19,821 nt of DNA from an uncultured Deinococcales bacterium (GCA_964244895.1 CAXTKV010000089.1:1-19821), one strand, 5' to 3'. Positions 1-8,699 are shown, numbered from the stretch's first letter. Program-made: numbers and translations. The notes: a model not told the origin generated them from the sequence alone.

Positions 1-1184
1 AGCGGATTGAACCCGGCGGGAGTTTGCGGCGCGGCCTGGAAACCGTGGGCGATCTGGACGCGGTCGCGATCGGGGATCGGGAGGCCGTCAAGCGCGCCCT
101 CGAGCCCTTCGGTGCGACGGATGATCCGACGTACCCGCACGTGCTGAACGCGCAAATAGAGGGTGTGAGCGCGCAAATCTCCGTCAACACTGAAGCTTCG
201 TGGGGCGCAGGATTGCTGATGATGACGGGTTCCAAGCCGTTCCTCGAGCCGTTGCTGGTTCGCGCTGCGAAGCGCGGCCTGGAGTTCTCGAGCGGCGGGT
301 TCTTTCGGGACGGTGCGCTCGTGCCGACACCCACGGAACGGGACGCGTTCAAACTGCTCGAGCTACCCTTCACGATTCCCGAATGGCGCGAGGCGGAACA
401 CGCCACCATCACCGATCTGCCCGACCCCGAAAGGCTGATTCAGTTGGATCAGATGCGCGGCATGCTGCACGTTCACTCCCGGTATTCCGACGGCGCGAAC
501 ACCGTGCGCGACATGGCTCTGGGTGCGAAGGCCAGGGGTTCGACGTACCTGGGCATCTGCGATCACTCGCAGTTCGCGTTCTACGCCAACGGCCTGACGC
601 CGGATCGGGTGCGGGCGCAATGGCAGGAAGTGGACGCGCTCAACGCCGAAAACCTGGGCATCCGCATCCTGAAGGGCATCGAGTGCGACATCCTCAACGA
701 TGGCGCGCTCGATTACGACGACGAACTGCTGGCCGGTTTCGATTTCGTGGTCGCGAGCGTCCACTCGAGCTTCAACCTCTCCGAAGCCGCGCAGACCGAA
801 CGCCTGGTGCGCGCGGTTTCCAACCCGTTCACGACGATCCTGGGTCACCCGACGGGGCGCTTATTGCTGCGCCGCAACGCCTACCGTTTCGACCACAACG
901 CGGTGCTCGAGGCCGCCGAATCGTGCGGCGCGATCATCGAGATCAACGCCAACCCGTACCGATTGGATCTGGACTGGCGCGAAGTGCTGGCCTGGAAAAA
1001 CCGCGTCCTGTTCGCCGTCAACACCGACGCGCACGTGGTCGCGGGCTTCGACGATCTGAAATACGGCGTCCAATCCGCCCGAAAAGGCGCGCTGGCGATG
1101 GATCGCGTGGTCAACACCTGGGACGCGGAACGGTTCCTGAAGTACGCCCAGGCCAAACGCGAGGGTCTCTCGCGCGCGGATTGA
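1..1184 (+). CDS. polX: DNA polymerase X family / PHP-domain protein (5'-truncated by window edge)
   Basis: The frame is open to the window edge (RIEPGGSLRRGLETVGDLD, the PolX GSxRR..GDxD motif). It contains WGAGLLMMTGS, then PHP motifs HVHS, DG, DHS, GIE, HPTGR, EINA and NTDAH. Confidence 0.93.
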   Translation, partial: RIEPGGSLRRGLETVGDLDAVAIGDREAVKRALEPFGATDDPTYPHVLNAQIEGVSAQISVNTEASWGAGLLMMTGSKPFLEPLLVRAAKRGLEFSSGGFFRDGALVPTPTERDAFKLLELPFTIPEWREAEHATITDLPDPERLIQLDQMRGMLHVHSRYSDGANTVRDMALGAKARGSTYLGICDHSQFAFYANGLTPDRVRAQWQEVDALNAENLGIRILKGIECDILNDGALDYDDELLAGFDFVVASVHSSFNLSEAAQTERLVRAVSNPFTTILGHPTGRLLLRRNAYRFDHNAVLEAAESCGAIIEINANPYRLDLDWREVLAWKNRVLFAVNTDAHVVAGFDDLKYGVQSARKGALAMDRVVNTWDAERFLKYAQAKREGLSRAD

Positions 1185-1210
1185 TTCGGTTCTACCTCGA
1201 GATCAACCTA

Positions 1211-1273
1211 CTCGAGAACACCGTCCCAGACGCAATCGTTGTATCCTCGAGATTCGCGTCCTAGACGGTGTTT
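1211..1273. repeat. REP-like palindromic doublet (locus A)
   Basis: CTCGAG-aacac-CGTCCCAGACG (core 1222-1232) and CTCGAG-attcg-CGTCCTAGACG-gtgtt (core 1257-1267). The cores are 35 bp apart, between convergent polX and nth. Confidence 0.85.
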
Positions 1274-1281
1274 GCGTCAAT

Positions 1282-1932
1282 TCACACGCCGATCCTCGGG
1301 CAATCTGCCAGCAACCGGCACGCGTCGCAGGCGGGCTTGCGGGCGTCGCAGACGCGCCTGCCGTGCAAGATCAGCGCGTGGTGGACGAAAATCCAGTCGT
1401 CCACAGGGAACAATTTCTCGAGATCGGATTCCACCTTGTCGGGGTCGGTCTGAGCTGAAAACCCCAACCGCCGCGATAAGCGCCCGACGTGCGTGTCCAC
1501 CGCGATGCCGGGCCGACCGTAGGCGTTTGAGAGCACCACGTTGGCCGTCTTGCGACCCACGCCGGGCAGCGTCTGGATCGCGAGAAAATCGTTGGGGACT
1601 TCACCACCGAATTCTGCGACCAGCGCAGCGGCGGTGGCCGCAATATGTTTTGCCTTGTTGCGGTACAAACCGATGGTCTTGATGTACGGCTCGAGTTCTT
1701 CGGGGCTGGCTTTCGCCATGCTGGTCGCGCTGGGGTACTTCTCGAAGAGCTTCGGCGTGGCGGCGTTGACGCTTTTGTCCGTCGCCTGAGCTGAAAGGAT
1801 CGTGGCGATCAGCAGCTCGAAAGCGCTCCGAAACTCGAGTTCCGTTCCGGCGTCCGGGTAGCTTTCGCGCAAACCATCCAGCACGCGCGCGGCGCGAGCT
1901 TTGCGGGATTTCTGGGATTCGGGTCTGGGCAC
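1282..1932 (-). CDS. nth: Endonuclease III (HhH-GPD glycosylase with 4Fe-4S cluster)
   Basis: Motifs LIATILSAQATD, HhH LPGVGRKTANVV, AVDTHV and the C-x6-C-x2-C-x5-C cluster (CDARKPACDACRLLADC). Start placed at GTG 1932, 6 nt after TATCCT (leaderless pattern). Confidence 0.96.
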   Translation of the reverse strand: MPRPESQKSRKARAARVLDGLRESYPDAGTELEFRSAFELLIATILSAQATDKSVNAATPKLFEKYPSATSMAKASPEELEPYIKTIGLYRNKAKHIAATAAALVAEFGGEVPNDFLAIQTLPGVGRKTANVVLSNAYGRPGIAVDTHVGRLSRRLGFSAQTDPDKVESDLEKLFPVDDWIFVHHALILHGRRVCDARKPACDACRLLADCPRIGV

Positions 1933-1938
1933 GGATTG

Positions 1939-1944
1939 AGGATA
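1939..1944 (-). promoter_or_regulatory. -10 element (TATCCT) of leaderless nth transcript
   Basis: TANNNT lies 6 nt upstream of an in-frame GTG, the same geometry as at five other genes in the window. Confidence 0.65.
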
Positions 1945-2059
1945 ACGCGCGGTTGGCGCAAGCAATCGAAGCTCGAGCGCGAATCGTCACCGGGTGGCTA
2001 AGTCTGGCTTAAGGGGCCCGGAGCGACACTTCCCTCAGCAAGACAAAGGAGGCACCACC

Positions 2060-2731
2060 ATGATGAACATCGAAAGCCTGAAGGGAAACAAGACGCTCGT
2101 TCGCAACCTCGCAATCGGTGGGATGGTCGCACTGGGACTGCTCGGGTACGCGATGCAGGGGCTCGAGACGCCGCAACCCGTGCGCAACGATCGCCCCACC
2201 TGCTGCGCCTTCCCGAACGGCCAGCGCGGAAGCCAGCCGCAGTTCTCGGGCACCAACGACCCGCGTACGAACCAGTATTCCGATGCGTCCGAAGGTTGGA
2301 ACCCTCAGATGCCGCAAACGGACGATTCGGGGTACCAGAATCAGGGCTACGACGCGCAGAACGCGGCAGGACAGGGATACGCCCCGCAATGGAACGGCGC
2401 AACTGGAGATGCGGGAACGGGAAATACCATTGAGCAGCCCTACAACCAGTTCAACGACCCGGATTACATCAAGAGCCAGGATAACAGGCACCAGATGGAG
2501 CGCGACCTGCTGGGCGGAACCAGCACCTACGTCGATCCGAACTCCGGGCAGCAATACCAGATGGACGGCAGCACCAGCAACGCCTGGGCGGATCAGAGCG
2601 GCAACACGGTCGGATCGGACACGCCCGCCGTGCAGCCCGACTCGAGCTTCACGGCCTTGACGCCGCTACAGACGAACACCGGCACCAGCACGGACACCAG
2701 CGCGACCACCACCGATACCAGCGGGCAGTAA
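2060..2731 (+). CDS. Hypothetical membrane-anchored/secreted low-complexity protein
   Basis: AAGGAGG RBS precedes ATG 2060. The protein has an N-terminal hydrophobic helix (LAIGGMVALGLLGYAM), a Q/N/G/D/Y-rich body and a T/S-rich tail, and is followed by a terminator. Confidence 0.8.
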   Translation: MMNIESLKGNKTLVRNLAIGGMVALGLLGYAMQGLETPQPVRNDRPTCCAFPNGQRGSQPQFSGTNDPRTNQYSDASEGWNPQMPQTDDSGYQNQGYDAQNAAGQGYAPQWNGATGDAGTGNTIEQPYNQFNDPDYIKSQDNRHQMERDLLGGTSTYVDPNSGQQYQMDGSTSNAWADQSGNTVGSDTPAVQPDSSFTALTPLQTNTGTSTDTSATTTDTSGQ

Positions 2732-2746
2732 TCCGCTCCGCCAGCC

Positions 2747-2775
2747 CGACCCCGAGGATTCCTCGGGGTCGTTTT
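2747..2775 (+). terminator. Intrinsic terminator
   Basis: Perfect 12-bp inverted repeat CGACCCCGAGGA-t-TCCTCGGGGTCG followed by TTTT. Confidence 0.75.
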
Positions 2776-2798
2776 GATCTCGAGCATCCGAGGACATC

Positions 2799-2827
2799 TG
2801 TAAACACCGTCCAGGACGGTGTTTACA
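2799..2827. repeat. REP-like palindrome (locus B, single perfect unit)
   Basis: TGTAAACACCGTCC-A-GGACGGTGTTTACA with 14-bp perfect arms. It overlaps the stop codon of the regulator. Confidence 0.85.
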
Positions 2828-5540
2828 CCGCGTCGAGCAGGCGGCGAATCTCGATGCCGGGTTCCAGCCCCATCTCCTGGCGCAACTTTTCAGCGAACGC
2901 CCTGTAGCGGCGTTCGGCGGTCACGCGCCGCCCGGAGCGCACCAAAAGCGTCAGCAAGCTCGAAAAGGCTTCCTCGTGAACCGGGTCGCGTTCGAGCAAC
3001 CATTCGAGCGCATCCTCGGCCTCGGCGGGGTTCGCGCCTTCGAGCGCCAGGGCCTGATCCAGCACCGCCTCCAGGGTGCGCGCGCGCAGGTCGTCGCGGT
3101 GTTCCTCGACGGGTTCGAGTTCAAGGGGCGCCAGGTCAGCGTACAGGGCGCGCACGGTTTTCAGATCAGCTTTTGAAAGCGCCGCCTCGAGATCCCACAG
3201 GTCGACCCTGGCGCGCGCCAGACCGGATTCCAGGATGTAGGTCGGCACGCCCCACGGTTCGACCACCTTGCGCAGGGCGTTCAGGTTGACGTGCAAGTTG
3301 TTGCGGCTCTTGTCCGTATCCGCTTCCGGCCAGACGGCTTCCGCGATCCGGTCTCTGGGCAAACGCAGCGCCAGCAGCATCAGGATGTCCTTCGGGCGCG
3401 CCGTCAGGGTCACGCTTTGCCCCAGCACGCGCACCTCGAAACCGCCCAGCACGCGCACTTCCAGCATCGGAATTTCGGCGTGCACCACCTGCACGGCCTC
3501 CTTCCAGCCGGAGCGCAACACGGTCTCGAGCGGGTAGGCGCGGACCAGGTCGGTTCGGGAACGCGGCAGTTCCTCGAGCGGCACGAGGCCCGGCAGGACG
3601 CGCTCGCGCAGGTCGGTCAGCGGGATCAGGCGCTCCAGATCGCCCGCATCGCGCGCGATACGGTAACGGGCCGCGCGGGCCTGAAGGCGAACCTGTCGGG
3701 CGGAAGCCTCGAGCGCGGGTTCCAGCACCTCGAGCGCCTCTTCGTTGCGCCCGAGGGCGTGCAGGCACAGCGCGCGCTCCGGCAGAATTTCCACGCCGCT
3801 CAGACCATCCACGACCTTCAAGCCCTGCTCGGCGCGACCCGCCAGACGCAGCGCGCGCGCCCAGCGCGAGCGCACCAGGGCGATGGTGGCGAGGTCGTTC
3901 CAGGCCTGGGCTTCATCGGCCAGGTCGGCGAAGCGATCCAGCTCGCCGCGCAAGCTGGCGGCCTGGGCGCGCGCGCGCAGCGCGTCCAGCAGGTTGTGGT
4001 GCGCGACCGTCTCGAGTTCGGCGTAACAGGCCAGCGCCCGGTCTGGATCGAGCCATTCCAGCAGACCACCCAGCGCCCGCAAGCGGACGGGCAGGTTGAA
4101 CGGCAGGGCGCGACCCTCGCCGCGCCGATCCAGTTCGGTGGCCCGCTCGAGGAAATGAATGAAGCCCGCCAGCTCACCGGACTGCTCCCAGCGGGCGTTC
4201 ATCAGGTTGGCGTGAACCCCGCGCGCATCGGAGGTCTGCTCCAGTTCAGGGATGGCGCAAGCCTGTTCGAGGTATCTCCGCGCCCGCACCCAATCGCCCA
4301 TCTGCACGAAGGACGCGCCGACGTTCGAGAGGTAGACCGCCTTGACGCGCGGGTTGGCCCGCTCGAGCCAGGGTTGGGCTTCGAGCATCAAGCCTTCCGC
4401 CAGGGCGATCTCGTGCGGTTGCAGGTCGTAGAGCGCCCAACCGATGGCCATCAAGCGCTGCGAGATGGTCGCATCACCGTGGCGGGCTGTCGCCAGGAAG
4501 GCCTCCATCGCGGCCTCGCGCTGACCGACCACCGAGCGCGCCCAGGACACGCCCAGCCAGCGTTCCGGCCCGCGTTCAGTCTCGCAGAGCGCGTCCCAGC
4601 GCAGAACCGCCTGCGGATCGAAATTGACCAGGTTGTGATCCTCCAGGAGCGGCGCGAGCAGATCAAACAATCCCGTGCGCTCAAACGCCATACAGCGCCA
4701 GCCGACCTCGAGCCGCGAAGCCTCGAGTTTGACGGCTTCCTGCACGGCTTCCAGGCGGTCACTGACGAGCTGCTCGGCGGCCAGCGGGTGCAGCCTGTAG
4801 CCGTTCTCCAGGGCCTGCACGAAACCCAGATCCGCCAGGCGTCTGGCCCGAGCGTCCGCCGCAGTCGCGGGCAGGTACGGCAGAGCCGCCATGAACAGCA
4901 CCTCGCGCCACTCGTCGGCATCCAGGCTCTCGCGCACGCCATCCCAGAGCGCGGCCTCGTCCGGGATGGCGCCCGTCAATGCCGCCATGTGGAGCGGCAA
5001 CGACCAGCCGCGCGTGTGATCCCAGGCCTCGATCGCGCCCGGCGTGTCACCGAACAAATGAGCCGCCTCGTCGGTCGTGAACGCCAACTGCGCGGCCTTG
5101 ACGTGAACCAACCTTCCCTGCGTGCGCAGCCGCGCGAACTCCGGGTCGCGCAGGGCGCGCCTGGAGGCCAGCAGCACCAGGCCCTGCGCGTGCTTCAGGA
5201 GCGGCCCCAGGCCAGCCCCGGCCTGATCCTCGAGATCCTCGAGCACGACCGCCGTGCGCTCCTGTCCGAGCGATTCGAGCACCGAGCGCCACGGCGCGGC
5301 CTCCGGCAACCCGAGCGCGACCGCCAGACCGGGGCGCGGATCGCCCTCGACCATCGCCAGCCAGACCACGCGCCAGCCGTCCAGCTCGAGCTGATTCGTC
5401 CACTGCGAGATCAGCACGCTCTTGCCGTAACCGTAGGGCGCCTCCAGCCACACCACGTAACCGGGTTCCTCCGGCAGCAGGCGCAATAAACGCGGCCTTT
5501 CCAGGAACAGCGCGCTCGGTTTTGGACGAAAGCCAATCAT
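2823..5540 (-). CDS. MalT-like ATPase / helical repeat / winged-helix-BTAD transcriptional regulator
   Basis: N-terminal LERPRL, Walker A APYGYGKS, Walker B VVLED and GWSLPL motif. C-terminal EVRVLGGFEV, WPE..SRNNLHVNLNALRK and BTAD-like DPVHEEA...LRQEMGLEP. AGGAG RBS present. Confidence 0.88.
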   Translation of the reverse strand: MIGFRPKPSALFLERPRLLRLLPEEPGYVVWLEAPYGYGKSVLISQWTNQLELDGWRVVWLAMVEGDPRPGLAVALGLPEAAPWRSVLESLGQERTAVVLEDLEDQAGAGLGPLLKHAQGLVLLASRRALRDPEFARLRTQGRLVHVKAAQLAFTTDEAAHLFGDTPGAIEAWDHTRGWSLPLHMAALTGAIPDEAALWDGVRESLDADEWREVLFMAALPYLPATAADARARRLADLGFVQALENGYRLHPLAAEQLVSDRLEAVQEAVKLEASRLEVGWRCMAFERTGLFDLLAPLLEDHNLVNFDPQAVLRWDALCETERGPERWLGVSWARSVVGQREAAMEAFLATARHGDATISQRLMAIGWALYDLQPHEIALAEGLMLEAQPWLERANPRVKAVYLSNVGASFVQMGDWVRARRYLEQACAIPELEQTSDARGVHANLMNARWEQSGELAGFIHFLERATELDRRGEGRALPFNLPVRLRALGGLLEWLDPDRALACYAELETVAHHNLLDALRARAQAASLRGELDRFADLADEAQAWNDLATIALVRSRWARALRLAGRAEQGLKVVDGLSGVEILPERALCLHALGRNEEALEVLEPALEASARQVRLQARAARYRIARDAGDLERLIPLTDLRERVLPGLVPLEELPRSRTDLVRAYPLETVLRSGWKEAVQVVHAEIPMLEVRVLGGFEVRVLGQSVTLTARPKDILMLLALRLPRDRIAEAVWPEADTDKSRNNLHVNLNALRKVVEPWGVPTYILESGLARARVDLWDLEAALSKADLKTVRALYADLAPLELEPVEEHRDDLRARTLEAVLDQALALEGANPAEAEDALEWLLERDPVHEEAFSSLLTLLVRSGRRVTAERRYRAFAEKLRQEMGLEPGIEIRRLLDAV

Positions 5541-5679
5541 GTCTCTCCTGAGGCTAGCCGAGTTTCATTATGACCAACTCGAACGCCGTGACAATCTTCT
5601 GGCCTCGCCGAGATCAACGCGTCAACTGGTGGGCGTCTTTGGATCGGCTCGAGCGCACCTCCCAGGGATAACGCGCCAC

Positions 5680-5737
5680 AAAGACCGTCCAGGACGGTCT
5701 TTTTTGAGACTCGAGAAGGCCGTTCCAGACGGTCTTC
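5680..5737. repeat. REP-like palindromic doublet (locus C)
   Basis: AAAGAC-CGTCCAGGACG-GTCTTT (core 5686-5696), TTTGAG-A-CTCGAG linker, aaggc-CGTTCCAGACG-gtctt (core 5721-5731). Period 35 bp. Confidence 0.85.
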
Positions 5738-5738
5738 T

Positions 5739-6839
5739 TTACTGAACCCTGCCGCGCGCCGAGATCGGCCAGACGGACTCGAGAACCCCACCCCGGTGCG
5801 CGAAATACGCGTCGTGCAAATTGACGGTCGTATCGATGTGGCTGGGAATCAACGCGACCCGATCGCCGATCTTCAGGGCTGAAACCTCGGGCGCGTCCGG
5901 GTTCGCCTCGAGCAGTCCGTGTTCGTCCCCGGCGGGCGAGTACGACCAGCCGTGGATGTTGGCGGGACGAGCGAAACCGCTGTCGGTGGACAACGATTTG
6001 AAACCCGCGTCCAGAATCGCGCGACCGGGTGCCCGACTGATGACGGTCGCGTGAACGCAGAGGGCGCTCCGGAAGGCCAGTCCGGGCGTGTCCAGGTAAT
6101 CCGTGTCCATGAACGTGAACGATCCCGGCTGCACCTCGGTCACGCGATCGTGCTGCGCGCAAAAAGCGAACGTGCCCGTGCCACCCGTCGAGACGATGCC
6201 GATGTTCAGACCCGCGCGCTCCAGATCGGTCGCGACCGATATCAGCTTGACCATCGCGGCATCACACGATGCGCGTCTCGCCTCGAGGTCGCGCCCGTGC
6301 TGCAAGTGACCCTCGTAGCCCTGCACGCCGACGATCCGAATGCCCGGCAGCGAGCGGATGCCGAGCGCGAGTTCGACCGCGTTCTGGGGCATCACACCGC
6401 AACGGTTCTGCCCGACGTTCACGTCAATCAGCGCGTCCACCGTCAATCCCGTACCCGAGAGCGCCTTTGAAATCTCGGTCGCAGCTTCCAGGCTGTCCAG
6501 CACGATCTTGACGCGTTCGTGATCGCGCAACAACGCGACCAGACGCTCGAGCTTGCGCACCCCGACCAGTTCGGTGGTGATCAGGATGTCCTCCAGGCCT
6601 GCGCCCGCCATGACTTCCGCCTCGCCCAGCTTGGCGACGCAAATCCCGATGGCTCCGGCCCGCAGCAAACGGTGCGCGATGATCGGGCTCTTGCCGGTTT
6701 TCAGGTGCGGTCTGAGGCGCACTGTTGTTCCCGAAAGCGCGCCGAAGCACGCGTTGATATTTGCATCCACCGCGTCCAGGTCGACCACCAGCGCGGGCGT
6801 GTCCAGTTCCGTGATCGGCGTTCCGGGTGCGGGCGTCAT
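5739..6839 (-). CDS. PLP-dependent fold-type III enzyme, D-threonine aldolase / DSD1 family
   Basis: Motifs TPALVVDLD, RPHLKT (PLP Lys), YEGH, GGTGT, EVQPGSFTFMD, DEHG and PSHIDTTVNLH. Start placed at ATG 6839, 5 nt after TACGAT (6845-6850). Confidence 0.9.
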   Translation of the reverse strand: MTPAPGTPITELDTPALVVDLDAVDANINACFGALSGTTVRLRPHLKTGKSPIIAHRLLRAGAIGICVAKLGEAEVMAGAGLEDILITTELVGVRKLERLVALLRDHERVKIVLDSLEAATEISKALSGTGLTVDALIDVNVGQNRCGVMPQNAVELALGIRSLPGIRIVGVQGYEGHLQHGRDLEARRASCDAAMVKLISVATDLERAGLNIGIVSTGGTGTFAFCAQHDRVTEVQPGSFTFMDTDYLDTPGLAFRSALCVHATVISRAPGRAILDAGFKSLSTDSGFARPANIHGWSYSPAGDEHGLLEANPDAPEVSALKIGDRVALIPSHIDTTVNLHDAYFAHRGGVLESVWPISARGRVQ

Positions 6840-6875
6840 GCCGCATCGTACCCGCAATCTCCAGGTTCAGGCGAC

Positions 6876-6934
6876 TTCGAGACCGTCCGGGACGCACAGT
6901 CTTGAGATTCAAAATACGCGTGCTGGACGGTGTC
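6876..6934. repeat. REP-like palindromic doublet (locus D)
   Basis: Cores CGTCCGGGACG (6884-6894) and CGTGCTGGACG (6919-6929) with linker CTTGAG-A-TTCAAA. Period 35 bp. Confidence 0.8.
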
Positions 6935-6945
6935 CCCGTTAAACC

Positions 6946-7035
6946 AAAAAAGCGAGCGCCACCTCACCGGGGGAGGAAGTGACGCTCGGCGTCGTTGCCG
7001 ACGCTCAGGGAGCCTAGACGATACACACTCAACAC
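6946..7035 (-). ncRNA. Candidate small RNA (GCAA-tetraloop hairpin plus C-rich-loop terminator)
   Basis: On the minus strand: GCGUCG-GCAA-CGACGC hairpin, then a 13-bp stem with CUCCCCCGGU loop and U6. It lies after the fabF terminator and has no convincing ORF. The 5' end is uncertain. Confidence 0.5.
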
Positions 7036-7060
7036 ATTCTTACGGTCAGGGGAATTTGGC

Positions 7061-7095
7061 AAAAAAAACCACCTCGGACTTGAGTCCGAGGTGGT
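7061..7095 (-). terminator. Intrinsic terminator of acpP-fabF
   Basis: ACCACCTCGGACT-tg-AGTCCGAGGTGGT inverted repeat followed on the minus strand by T8, about 15 nt after the fabF stop. Confidence 0.9.
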
Positions 7096-7110
7096 CTGTG
7101 ACGCGATGCT

Positions 7111-8358
7111 TTAATTCCAGCGTTTGAAGACCGCGACCGCGTTCTGACCGCCGAACGCCAGCGAGTTCGAGGTGGCGTACTCGACCTGGTGTTCGCGCGG
7201 CTCGTTCGGGATGTAATCCAGATCGCACTCGGGGTCCTTGTCGTCCTCGAACTGGTTGATCGTCGGCGGCAAAATGCCCGCGGTCAAGGCTTGCACGACC
7301 GCAATCGCCTCGATCGCGCCCGCTGCGCCCAGGAGGTGTCCCGTCATGGATTTGGTGCTCGAGACGGCCAGCTTGTACGCGTGATCCCCGAAGACGGACT
7401 TGATGGCCTGCGTCTCGCCCAGGTCGTTCGGCGGCGTGCTGGTGCCGTGCGCGTTGACGTACCCGATCTGTTCAGGGTTGACCTTCGCGTTTTCCAACGC
7501 TCGCCGCATAGCGAGTGCCAGCCCGCGACCTTCCGGGGCGGGCAAGGTCATGTGGTACGCGTCGGCGGACAGCCCGGCGCCCAACACCTCGGCGTAAATT
7601 TTCGCGCCGCGTTTTTGCGCGTGTTCCAGGGATTCCAGGATCAGCACGCCCGCGCCCTCGCCCATCACGAAGCCATCGCGGGATTTCATGAACGGACGCG
7701 AGGCGGTTTGTGGGGAATCGTTGCGGCTGGACAACGCGCCCATGTTGCCGAACGAACCCATCGCCATCAGGGTCACGGTCGCTTCCGCGCCACCCGTGAT
7801 CATGACTTCCACGTCGCCACGATTCACGAAATGGTACGCGTCGTGAAGGGCCGCCGTGCTGGTGCTGCACGCCGTCACGACCGTGCTGCTCGGCCCGGTC
7901 GCGCCGTAGTACATGCTGACCTGCCCGGACGCCATGTTGGCGATCATCATCGGAATGAAAAAGGGCGATAAACGATCCGCGCCGCGCTCGAACATCACGC
8001 GCGCCTGCTCTTCCCAGGTGATCATGCCGCCGATGCCCGTGCCGATCAACGTGCCGACGCGCGGCCCCTCCAGACCGGATTTTTCCAGGCCCGCGTCCTT
8101 ACGCGCCAGTTCCGCGCCGATCAGGGTCATCTGCACGAAACGATCCATGCGCTTCATGTCGCGCGCCGCGAAACCGTACTCTTCGGGCGTGTACTCGAGC
8201 TGACCCGCGAACTTGCAGGCGAGCTTCGAGACATCGAAGCGCTCGATCGATCGAATCCCGTTCTTGCCCTCGAGTTGCGCCTTGTGAAACGCGTCCGCGC
8301 CGATCCCGATCGGCGTGACCGGCCCCAGACCCGTGATGACAACGCGATGATTAGCCAT
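7111..8358 (-). CDS. fabF: 3-oxoacyl-ACP synthase II
   Basis: Motifs RVVITGLG, TACSTS (catalytic Cys), NAHGTST and KSMTGHLLGAAG. GGAG RBS precedes ATG 8358. Lies directly downstream of acpP. Confidence 0.96.
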   Translation of the reverse strand: MANHRVVITGLGPVTPIGIGADAFHKAQLEGKNGIRSIERFDVSKLACKFAGQLEYTPEEYGFAARDMKRMDRFVQMTLIGAELARKDAGLEKSGLEGPRVGTLIGTGIGGMITWEEQARVMFERGADRLSPFFIPMMIANMASGQVSMYYGATGPSSTVVTACSTSTAALHDAYHFVNRGDVEVMITGGAEATVTLMAMGSFGNMGALSSRNDSPQTASRPFMKSRDGFVMGEGAGVLILESLEHAQKRGAKIYAEVLGAGLSADAYHMTLPAPEGRGLALAMRRALENAKVNPEQIGYVNAHGTSTPPNDLGETQAIKSVFGDHAYKLAVSSTKSMTGHLLGAAGAIEAIAVVQALTAGILPPTINQFEDDKDPECDLDYIPNEPREHQVEYATSNSLAFGGQNAVAVFKRWN

Positions 8359-8447
8359 GACGATATCTCCGAGTCGCGACCCCACCGGCAGTGCTGACGG
8401 CGGATGCTCGAGGATGGTTGAGCCGGAATTTCAGCATGGACACCCGT

Positions 8448-8678
8448 TTATTGCTTGGATTCGATGAACTTGACCGCGTCACCGACGGTACGAATCTTCT
8501 CTGCGTCCTCGTCGGCGATGGTCAGCCCGAACTTGTCCTCGAGACCCATGATCAGTTCCACGGTTTCCAGGCTGTCCGCGCCCAGGTCATCCACGAACGA
8601 TGCTTCCATCGTGATTTTTTCCGGGTCTGCGCCGAGTTTCTCCACGATCACTGATTTCACGTCTTCAAATGCGGCCAT
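8448..8678 (-). CDS. acpP: Acyl carrier protein
   Basis: 76-aa acidic protein with [13 protein letters not shown] phosphopantetheine motif. GGAGG RBS present. Confidence 0.97.
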   Translation of the reverse strand: MAAFEDVKSVIVEKLGADPEKITMEASFVDDLGADSLETVELIMGLEDKFGLTIADEDAEKIRTVGDAVKFIESKQ

Positions 8679-8699
8679 GGGTGTTTCCTCCGAAGCGAC

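Noticed and set aside
200..1264. 354-aa alternative-frame ORF and similar overlaps (10140-11330, 11321-12253, 12960-14051, 17531-18442)
   Set aside because: These are off-frame or antisense shadows of well-supported genes.
3291..5489. 732-aa plus-strand ORF
   Set aside because: It is the antisense shadow of the regulator, with no recognisable motifs and R/Q/H-rich composition. Long shadows are expected at this GC content.
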